From positions 1-64,000 of IMG/VR virus record IMGVR_UViG_3300029448_007456: a stretch of 64,000 nucleotides of DNA; one strand, written 5' to 3'. Below the pieces are notes generated by a model. That model had not been told where the DNA came from. It was given only the letters and a program-made list of their open reading frames with translations, and made no database searches. Positions 56,810-64,000 of this stretch are shown here, piece by piece (the stretch's first letter is position 1; every line of letters starts with the position of its first letter). The position numbers and the translations under genes are program-made. The stretch comes from a virus.

Positions 56810-57045
56810 GATTTTTTGGTATTAGATGTCCAAATTTTGTGCAACACATAGAACCAAACTGAATTAATGGCTGGTTCGACAATGGCCACAGTACCAGCTT
56901 CCCATAAACTTGCTCCAGTCATAATACTAACCACTATCATTGCAATGATAATGTGCCCAATAAAAAATATTACTGCAAGAGATATGCTTGATGTGCCTGC
57001 TACATTTTTAAATGTATTCCATATGCCATTTGTTAATTCTGTCAT
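56806..57045 (-). CDS. DUF2061-like membrane protein
   Basis: GHIIIAM..V...TG....AG..A.VEP..N.VWFYVL. Confidence 0.6.
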   Translation of the reverse strand: MTELTNGIWNTFKNVAGTSSISLAVIFFIGHIIIAMIVVSIMTGASLWEAGTVAIVEPAINSVWFYVLHKIWTSNTKKS

Positions 57046-57097
57046 TTACTCTTCCCAAAAAGTTAGCTTGGTCTAATTTTAAGATATTTATAAATGG

Positions 57098-58465
57098 CTA
57101 ATTGCCCTGGGTGGTAGAAAGAGTGCAACCTGCTTGTGTGCCACAGGTCATGTCAATGCTGTAATCTTGATCAGTGGATCCTTGCTGTGACAGATCAAAA
57201 TCAGTGGAATAGCCATCTAGATCAACACGAGCCGCATGGTTACCAGTGCCAGTTTGACTGATATCCACATCATGTGCATAACTGCCTGTACCAAGTGTTA
57301 GATCTAAATAGTGTTCACCTGTGCCTGACTGATTGATATCAACAGTGTTGTTGCCATTGTCTATGTCCACAAACAAAAACTTATCCCCATCGTTTAACTG
57401 TTGCATGGTGATCACATTAGAAGAAGAATCTAAATCCACACTCATGAAGTGCTCTGAAGATGTTGTACCATCATTGCGTTGTTGTAAAGTCAATGTGTTG
57501 GTTGATCCATCAATATCAATCAGCATTCTGTGATCTCCTACATCAGTGGCATAGTCACCTTGGGATAGATTCAGTGTGTTGGTATTGCCTGTGATGTCTA
57601 GTCCTATGCCGTTCCTACCACTGCTTCCAGATGTAGTCACATTGCCTTGATCAATATTGAGTGTGTTGTCGTTGCCTGTGATTTGTGAATCACTGGACCA
57701 ATCACTGCCAACAACAAAATTATCATTGCCTGCTTGTTCAATATTAATTGTGTTGTTGTTGCCTTGCACATTCATTTTAATCCCGCTGTCTGATGTGCCT
57801 TTGGCTGTGTTCACTGCTGTGGTTTGTGAAGATGTGATTGTAACATTAACTGTGTTTTGGTCAGTGGTTGCAAAACCAGAGTTAGGCATATCTAACCAAC
57901 CACTTGTAGAGTTTAAACTTAAATTAGATAAACTATAATGTATATCCATATTAGCAGAACCACCCCATTCATACCAGTTAATTTGTATTGGGTACCATTG
58001 ACCACCAACACCAGAAAATGAACCACTAGAGTTCCAATATGTTGGTCCTTGTTGAGCCCAGTCAGATATTACTTTAGTATTATTGATGTTTACAATAAGT
58101 CCATCATCATTACGACCAGCAAAATAAACTGTTGATGTTTGACCTGTGGTTCCTGGATGTTGCCAATAACCGGTGATAACTACCATTCTCTGATTAGCAC
58201 CATAATTATTATTATGAAGAACTATATTTCCACTATTCCAGTTGTAATTTAAACTGTCAGTAGTACCAGTTCCTTGTGATAGACCTACATAACTTGGACT
58301 AGAATTATTACAGGTAGAGAGATATGTATAGTTGTTAAAACAAGGTGACTCTACATAAGGTGCATAATGACTAATTGCAAATACTTCATAATTTAAACTT
58401 CCTGCATATGCACTTGAACAAAGCAAAAACAAGATGCTACTGATTTTGAAGAATGCTAATTTCAT
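57098..58465 (-). CDS. Secreted PA14-like domain plus curlin-like repeat protein
   Basis: Signal peptide; NDDG...YEWGG (PA14); repeated IxQxGxxN units. Confidence 0.7.
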   Translation of the reverse strand: MKLAFFKISSILFLLCSSAYAGSLNYEVFAISHYAPYVESPCFNNYTYLSTCNNSSPSYVGLSQGTGTTDSLNYNWNSGNIVLHNNNYGANQRMVVITGYWQHPGTTGQTSTVYFAGRNDDGLIVNINNTKVISDWAQQGPTYWNSSGSFSGVGGQWYPIQINWYEWGGSANMDIHYSLSNLSLNSTSGWLDMPNSGFATTDQNTVNVTITSSQTTAVNTAKGTSDSGIKMNVQGNNNTINIEQAGNDNFVVGSDWSSDSQITGNDNTLNIDQGNVTTSGSSGRNGIGLDITGNTNTLNLSQGDYATDVGDHRMLIDIDGSTNTLTLQQRNDGTTSSEHFMSVDLDSSSNVITMQQLNDGDKFLFVDIDNGNNTVDINQSGTGEHYLDLTLGTGSYAHDVDISQTGTGNHAARVDLDGYSTDFDLSQQGSTDQDYSIDMTCGTQAGCTLSTTQGN

Positions 58466-59534
58466 TTTCCTGTCCGTTAATGGTGTAATCTATTATTTCG
58501 TAATCTTGTTGTTGCACATTTAATATATAAGTGTTTTCTTTGTCCAGCCTTAATTCAATAAAGTTGCCTGCCGCATCTTCTCTGCTCCACACAAAATGTG
58601 GATCTTCGTCTAGCAGTATAATTCCTGTTGTTGGATCTTTTCCAAACCGCTGTCCTTCGACTTTTTTGTCAAATTCACTTCTCATCTGTTTGGCCAGTTC
58701 TTCGTTGATTTGTTTTAGAATATCCACAAGAAAGTTTTGTTCTAAAAAATCAATATCCAATCCCGTTGCCCAATTTTCAATTTCTTCTTCTAAAGCATCG
58801 ACATTAAGATCATCAAATTCCAAAAAGTCAATGTCAAGTGCATTGGCCACAGCATTATAGGATGAATTGTCCTGTTGTTCTTGGATTTCTTTTGGCTTGC
58901 TAATAATTAACAAATTGTTGATCATATCTTCTTCTAAACTAAGAATCACTGGCCGCATGGGCACACTTGCAACAGTATCAACAACTGTAGCCTGGAATGC
59001 CTGGTTCATTATGACTTGACCAGCATCTGATTCAACTGATATTTCCCCCACATAACATTTTCCATCTGTGTTGCAACTTGGCAATAATATAATTGTGCTA
59101 CTTCCTATTTCGTCCACTGTCATGGCAAAATCAGTGCCTCTAACTCCTATGGTTGCTGTTGGAGTTTGTATCAATACATTCTGTTTGGAGTTTTTGGCAA
59201 TTTGTCCTGATGCATAACGCACAGTGCCAAGACCTGCTTTAAGCGACAACTTGCCTGTGCCACTGGCAGGATCATACACAAATTCATCAATAACAAGTTT
59301 TGAATGTTGGGTGATATCTACTCTGGTTTCATCAACAAATTCAATGGCAGTCTTGCCTTTGCCAGTTCGGACTGTGTCGTATGAAAACACATCAAGGTCA
59401 ATTTCAGTGACTGCTTCTTCGCCATCAGTACGCTCCACAGCACCAGTGCCTTCGTGCAGTATGACATTCCCTATACTGGCCCATGAGTTTACTGTCAGCA
59501 CAAAACTGCACAGCAAATAAAAAAGAAAGTTCAT
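58437..59534 (-). CDS. FecR-domain protein
   Basis: Signal peptide; DTVRTG; IQTPTATIGVRGTDF. Confidence 0.85.
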   Translation of the reverse strand: MNFLFYLLCSFVLTVNSWASIGNVILHEGTGAVERTDGEEAVTEIDLDVFSYDTVRTGKGKTAIEFVDETRVDITQHSKLVIDEFVYDPASGTGKLSLKAGLGTVRYASGQIAKNSKQNVLIQTPTATIGVRGTDFAMTVDEIGSSTIILLPSCNTDGKCYVGEISVESDAGQVIMNQAFQATVVDTVASVPMRPVILSLEEDMINNLLIISKPKEIQEQQDNSSYNAVANALDIDFLEFDDLNVDALEEEIENWATGLDIDFLEQNFLVDILKQINEELAKQMRSEFDKKVEGQRFGKDPTTGIILLDEDPHFVWSREDAAGNFIELRLDKENTYILNVQQQDYEIIDYTINGQENEISILQNQ

Positions 59535-60217
59535 TAGTCTGTTTGACTAATGTCTATATCCGCGTTATCACCTGATGTTGTTAGTGTAATCATTTGATCG
59601 TTGATGCCACTCTGTACAATGTCCACATCTGCGATGCCACCTGTATGTGTGTGTATTAAAGTGTGTCCATTTACATCACCGTTGCCATCAATGTCAACCA
59701 ACCAGTTGTTAGTGTCACCGTCAACTGTGATTGTTAATATAGCACTGGTACCGTCGATGGTTGCCGCAATAACGTTTGAGTCATCATCACCTGCAGATGT
59801 AATTGTTGCAGTTGTGTTTGATGCATCTGATGTTTCGCCAATATCTAAATCAATATCATTGCTGTTTCCTACCATGGTCACATTAGCTGTTACAGTGCCA
59901 CAAGAACTGTTATTTCCTGTGCTGTCACACATGATATCAATATCATTGCTGTTTCCTGTAACATTAAATGTACCAGTATACGAAGCACCATTGATATCAA
60001 ACTTTAATATGTTAGAGTTACCAACTTGATCAATATCAATTGTTGTGGTAGCTCCAGTGACAGTTGATGCAGTAGTCGAGTTACCCACTTGGTTGTTTTG
60101 ACCATCTTGTGTGATGTCCAAATCCAAAGTAGCACCTGATTGTGTCACATAGATATCATTGGCGTTTGCAGATGTTACAAACAAAAACGATAGTATTAAT
60201 GTTATTAGTTTTGTCAT
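59534..60217 (-). CDS. Curlin-like repeat secreted protein
   Basis: ANDIYVTQSG; repeated ITQDGQNN/IDQVGNSN/GNSNDID. Confidence 0.7.
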   Translation of the reverse strand: MTKLITLILSFLFVTSANANDIYVTQSGATLDLDITQDGQNNQVGNSTTASTVTGATTTIDIDQVGNSNILKFDINGASYTGTFNVTGNSNDIDIMCDSTGNNSSCGTVTANVTMVGNSNDIDLDIGETSDASNTTATITSAGDDDSNVIAATIDGTSAILTITVDGDTNNWLVDIDGNGDVNGHTLIHTHTGGIADVDIVQSGINDQMITLTTSGDNADIDISQTD

Positions 60218-60232
60218 TTATTTGTGTATCCC

Positions 60233-61030
60233 CTAAAAATATTTAATTTTCCATAACCCTTCTTTATCACCCAGTTTTAATAATTCCAGCACACAATATT
60301 CAATTGCACTGCGTACCGCATAATTTACTGGTTCATTTGTAGCAACACCGGTCTCAACTTCAAATGCTTTTGTGCTCATGTCTAAAAACCTAAACACATC
60401 AGCCGACGTCTTATGGCTTGCAATTGTTTTTGTTGCTTCTGCTGTTAGTAAAACTTCTCCAGTTTGCACAGCAACTAATCTCATGCTGACTGTGACTTGA
60501 TCTATTCTGTATTCTTCTGACAGGCCGATGCCGAAATATCTAGCACCATCACCACCAGAAGCCACATTTGCATCATATCCAATGATGCCTCCTTCAACAA
60601 GTAGTCCTGCAAACACAAGCGGTTTTAAAACATTTCCTACTTCTTGACTTCCATCATACAGTTCTCTAGTTGATCTTATCAACTGTCTTTCTTTGACCAA
60701 ACTGTCTAAACCTTTTCGTTCAACCACTCTGAACCATGTGCCTTCGCCCACTGCCTTGAGTGCTGAAATCACCCAGACATCTGCACCTTGTGAAACTGCC
60801 ATAGACAGTTGACTAAACTTTGTGCTTGGCTTACGCTGTCCTGTAAGATCAGGAAACTTATATACAGCAATGGTTATCACTGGTTGTTCAACAAGTGGAG
60901 GCAATGATTGTAAAATTTGCATTGTGGGTGTGCCTTCGATGAAAGGATCATCACCACTTTTAACTGTGTTCTGTGTGGTAGCACAAGATGTCAATATCAA
61001 AAGCATGCCTATTATAATAAAATTTTTCAT
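60233..61030 (-). CDS. csgG: Curli secretion channel lipoprotein CsgG
   Basis: Lipobox LTSC; AVYKFPDLTGQRKP; VVER.GLD.LVKERQLIRSTR; EGGIIGYD. Confidence 0.92.
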   Translation of the reverse strand: MKNFIIIGMLLILTSCATTQNTVKSGDDPFIEGTPTMQILQSLPPLVEQPVITIAVYKFPDLTGQRKPSTKFSQLSMAVSQGADVWVISALKAVGEGTWFRVVERKGLDSLVKERQLIRSTRELYDGSQEVGNVLKPLVFAGLLVEGGIIGYDANVASGGDGARYFGIGLSEEYRIDQVTVSMRLVAVQTGEVLLTAEATKTIASHKTSADVFRFLDMSTKAFEVETGVATNEPVNYAVRSAIEYCVLELLKLGDKEGLWKIKYF

Positions 61031-61031
61031 G

Positions 61032-61490
61032 TTAAAAATTAAAGTCTCCTAGTGGAACAGACATTGTGGTTACATTGTTGTTGGGGTCTGTAATTGTTAG
61101 TGTTATTATTTCGGTTGATGTGTCCTTGACCCAATAAATTGTTGATCCTTCAACGTTTGCTGTGCCTGAAGTCGGACATGTGCCTGTGCATGATGTTCCA
61201 AACATGTTGTCCACCAATTGTTTGGACAGGTTTGCATATATTCTTGATTCAACATTCTTAATAAATTTGTTTATGGTTGTGTTGTTTGCTAATCTTTCAG
61301 CCGCAGCTGCCGCAGATTTTCTTTCATCTTTGAGATCATTCTTTCTGCTATACTGCAATTGTTCAATTGATAACACATGAGAAGAATATCCCTGCTTGCT
61401 GAAAGAAGGATTTCCAAATTCATGATGCAACTGATCAGCATGTGCAGAAGTCATAATAATAGCCAGTGTAATAACCAAGGTTTTTAACAT
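61032..61490 (-). CDS. csgF: Curli assembly protein CsgF
   Basis: Signal peptide then L.H.F.NPSF; ESRIYANLS; adjacent to csgG. Confidence 0.8.
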   Translation of the reverse strand: MLKTLVITLAIIMTSAHADQLHHEFGNPSFSKQGYSSHVLSIEQLQYSRKNDLKDERKSAAAAAERLANNTTINKFIKNVESRIYANLSKQLVDNMFGTSCTGTCPTSGTANVEGSTIYWVKDTSTEIITLTITDPNNNVTTMSVPLGDFNF

Positions 61491-61495
61491 GCTTG

Positions 61496-61561
61496 TATTT
61501 AATGGTTTTTGAACCCAAATGATGTGCAGACACTTATGAACAGTTGTGCAAAAGTTAAATA
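61496..61561. promoter_or_regulatory. Back-to-back TAAATA late-type promoters
   Basis: TAAATA (-) at 61496-61501 and (+) at 61556-61561, each 5-7 nt before an ATG. Confidence 0.6.
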
Positions 61562-61568
61562 CACACAT

Positions 61569-61847
61569 ATGGAGTTTTTAAAAATAGTAGGCGAAGTTGG
61601 ATTTCCCATAGCAGGAGCCATCGCCGCAGGATATTTTGTGTTTCTCACAATCAAGTTCATACTGGCAGGAGTTACTGGCGGTGTAAATGGACTTAAAAAT
61701 ATCATCACAGCACTAGACAATCGAGTGCAAACCATGAACAACGACTTAGTGCAGATTGATGCTAAAATGAGTCATGTGTTAGGAGTAAAACCAAACGTAG
61801 AAAGAATAGCTGCCAATGAAGGCAAGGAGGATGCAAGACGTGATTAA
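61569..61847 (+). CDS. Small membrane protein (GFPI family)
   Basis: VGFPIAGAIAAGYFVF; coiled coil LDNRV. Confidence 0.65.
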   Translation: MEFLKIVGEVGFPIAGAIAAGYFVFLTIKFILAGVTGGVNGLKNIITALDNRVQTMNNDLVQIDAKMSHVLGVKPNVERIAANEGKEDARRD

Positions 61848-62037
61848 GAATTTGAAAGACCTAATAGTGGTAGCATTAGTGGTAGGCGTATTAACTTTGT
61901 TGGGCGTGATCATCATTGGTGACTATTACGTGGCACTACAAGAAAATAGACCAGTTGACGAGTCAGTGATCACACTGATGAAAATGGCTCTCACAGGACT
62001 AATTGGCATCATAGCAGGCTACATAGGATCGAAATGA
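61840..62037 (+). CDS. Small two-TM membrane protein
   Basis: Two hydrophobic helices; start uncertain. Confidence 0.5.
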   Translation: MIKNLKDLIVVALVVGVLTLLGVIIIGDYYVALQENRPVDESVITLMKMALTGLIGIIAGYIGSK

Positions 62038-62177
62038 AAATAGTGCATGTAAAAGAAGAACAGTTATACTGTGATGGTGAAGATCACGATCATCCTAGAG
62101 TGTATTACAACCTAGCCAAAAAAGGTGAGGCCATCTGTGGATACTGTAATATAAAGTATGTGTTGGATAAAAAATGA
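62034..62177 (+). CDS. zf-CHCC zinc-finger protein (47 aa)
   Basis: Manual translation MKIVHVKEEQLYCDGEDHDHPRVYYNLAKKGEAICGYCNIKYVLDKK. Confidence 0.8.
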   Translation: MKIVHVKEEQLYCDGEDHDHPRVYYNLAKKGEAICGYCNIKYVLDKK

Positions 62178-62449
62178 GTGGACCAATAGTAGAAGCAATC
62201 AATCAATATGGATTTCCAATCATTGCCGCAATGGGTCTTGGATACTTTGTGTTTTACATTTGGCAGTGGGTGACCACTGAGATAAAACCTGTGCTAGGTG
62301 CGGCCAACACCACATTAATTGCACTCATAGACAGAATTAGAATGTTGGACAATGATCTAATCAGACTCAACACCAAACTTAAAATGATCGAAGAACTGCA
62401 AAACAAATCCAACAAAGAGATTGCTGACAAAGTAAAAAATAAAAAGTGA
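62174..62449 (+). CDS. Small membrane protein (GFPI family, paralogue of 61569..61847)
   Basis: YGFPIIAAMGLGYFVF; LIDRIRMLDND. Confidence 0.65.
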   Translation: MSGPIVEAINQYGFPIIAAMGLGYFVFYIWQWVTTEIKPVLGAANTTLIALIDRIRMLDNDLIRLNTKLKMIEELQNKSNKEIADKVKNKK

Positions 62450-64000
62450 CCAAACTTCTAACACATTGGCTAACTGTTTTGATAACCCTTGCTGTGTTAG
62501 TAGGGTTGAGATTTCAAGATGGTGGACTTACTGAAACTGCTAGACTAAAATCCTTTGACTATCTTCAGTCAACAGATGCTAAGGAGATGTCACAAGACAT
62601 TGTCATTGTTGAATTTGACGAAAAGGCAATAGAAGGCTTTGGACAATGGCCATGGCCAAGGGATTATCTTGCTGATGTGATCAATCATTTGCGGAGTCAA
62701 GGTGCTGGGTTAATTGTGATGCCCATACTGTTTTCAGAAGAAGACAGAGCAGGCATGGACGATGTGCTTGCACAAACACTGCAAGGCAATGGAGTCATCA
62801 TTGCACAAACAGGAACCACACAAACAAATAAAAATGCAGTGCCAAGAGGCATTGCCAAAATAGGTGATCCAATACCATATCTTTTTCAATGGCCAGGCAT
62901 GTTGGGTCCTATACCTAAATTAGGTCAATCAGCAGATGGTGTTGGTGTATTAAACATTGCTCCTGAAAGAGATGGAGTTGTAAGACGTATGCCACTCATC
63001 ATGACAGTGTCAGGAGAAACATATCCTGCATTAGCCATTGAAACAATTCGTGTGGCCACACAGGCACCATCCTATCAAGTCAAAGCAGGCCCAACAGGAG
63101 TGCAGGCAGTGAGGGTGCCAGGTTATAATGTTATCACAACTGATGCCAATGCTAGAATTTGGTTACGTTGGAACAAACAGTTTCCTTCTGTTAGTATCAT
63201 GGAAGCCACACAAGAGCATGTGCAAGGCAAAATTGTTGTGATTGGACTCACAGCAGAAGGCATTGGATCCACCATTGCCGCACCCACAGGCACAGAATAT
63301 GCCCACACACCAGTGGCTGTATCCTTGCAAACTATCATTAATGGTGACAACATTGTTAGATCCGATCTAGCAGACACATACGAACTTGCATATCTGTTTG
63401 TGATTGGACTGTTATTGATCATTGCCGCAAGATTCTTTCACTATGGTGTGGTGGCAGGACTTATTGTATTAATTGGTGTGGGCACAGTGTATGGTTCTGT
63501 TCACATATATTCAACAAGACTGTTGCTGTTTGATTTTTCATGGCCTGTAATCACAACTGTGTTAGTAGGACTTCATGCTGTGTTCAATCGTTTTGTTTCT
63601 GAATACATGCAGAAGCAAGCCATAAAAAAACAGTTTGGTGGTTATGCATCGCCCACAGTGGTTAAGATGCTACAGGAAAATCCAGCACTTATCAAAGAAG
63701 GTGTTAAAAAAGAAGTGTCAATATGTTTTTCAGATCTACGTGGTTTTACACCACTTGGTGAATCGTTCGGCGATGATGTGAAAGGTTTGACTCAAGTGAT
63801 GAATGGATACATGGACGCCATAACCAAACCAGTGCTTGATGCAGATGGCATGATTATCAAGTATATTGGAGATGCAAGTATGCACATCCACAACGCACCA
63901 ATTGATGATGCTGATCATCCACGCACTGCTGTGCAAACTGGTTTGAATATGTTGAAAGCAGTTGAACAATTTAACAACAAGATCACAGCAGAAGGTAGAC
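62446..64000 (+). CDS. CHASE2-domain class III adenylate/guanylate cyclase (partial)
   Basis: Manual translation from GTG 62446: GQWPWPR (CHASE2), TM helices, FSDLRGFT, KYIGDA; runs off window end. Confidence 0.9.
   Translation, partial: MTKLLTHWLTVLITLAVLVGLRFQDGGLTETARLKSFDYLQSTDAKEMSQDIVIVEFDEKAIEGFGQWPWPRDYLADVINHLRSQGAGLIVMPILFSEEDRAGMDDVLAQTLQGNGVIIAQTGTTQTNKNAVPRGIAKIGDPIPYLFQWPGMLGPIPKLGQSADGVGVLNIAPERDGVVRRMPLIMTVSGETYPALAIETIRVATQAPSYQVKAGPTGVQAVRVPGYNVITTDANARIWLRWNKQFPSVSIMEATQEHVQGKIVVIGLTAEGIGSTIAAPTGTEYAHTPVAVSLQTIINGDNIVRSDLADTYELAYLFVIGLLLIIAARFFHYGVVAGLIVLIGVGTVYGSVHIYSTRLLLFDFSWPVITTVLVGLHAVFNRFVSEYMQKQAIKKQFGGYASPTVVKMLQENPALIKEGVKKEVSICFSDLRGFTPLGESFGDDVKGLTQVMNGYMDAITKPVLDADGMIIKYIGDASMHIHNAPIDDADHPRTAVQTGLNMLKAVEQFNNKITAEGR

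Noticed and set aside
690-63969. Numerous opposite-strand or nested ORFs in the track (e.g. 45747..46454, 22538..22978, 63123..63422)
   Set aside because: Antisense shadows of well-supported genes, with no motifs or initiation signals
1-64000. Bacterial chromosome or prophage, given the many host-like genes
   Set aside because: Host-like genes are isolated from their normal operons (pstS without pstCAB, binding protein without permease) and interleaved with virion genes under shared phage promoter motifs; no integrase or att site seen
1-64000. Stop-codon recoding
   Set aside because: Code 11 gives dense, intact genes ending in TAA, TAG and TGA
1-64000. tRNA genes, CRISPR arrays, IS elements, introns/inteins
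   Set aside because: No cloverleaf with T-loop consensus, regularly spaced repeats, transposase or intein motifs seen by eye; tRNAscan-SE would be needed to exclude tRNAs fully

Overview
AT-rich, gene-dense, mostly minus-strand segment of a large T4-related (jumbo-type) marine myophage genome, read in standard code 11. The host is probably an alphaproteobacterium (Nfu_N-type NfuA, DUF3553, zf-CHCC, porin, ProX-like binding protein). Phage core: head/internal-protein-like genes (<1-5.9 kb), lysis cassette (GH108 endolysin, overlapping spanins, holin candidates), clamp loader, a stand-alone DnaE fragment, baseplate/tail-fibre genes and an ATP-dependent DNA ligase. Host-like genes are unusually numerous: clpA, clpP, dnaJ, groES, def, infA, phoH, pstS with a Pho-box-like array, porin, sod, uvsE, queD, Fe-S carriers (iscA/sufT/nfuA), three B12-binding radical SAM enzymes, btuB under a class-IIa cobalamin riboswitch, five cupin/Fe-2OG dioxygenase paralogues, and a csgF-csgG-curlin-FecR operon divergent from a CHASE2 adenylate cyclase. 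Best novel candidates: (1) a phage cofactor-supply system (B12 import plus Fe-S delivery) serving late-expressed B12 radical SAM enzymes; (2) pervasive leaderless transcription units at both sigma70-type and TAAATA late promoters, alongside phage IF1 and peptide deformylase; (3) four unannotated structured RNAs, two of them behind late promoters embedded in hairpins, which suggests start-site-dependent switches. All calls were made by eye from motifs; no database searches were run.
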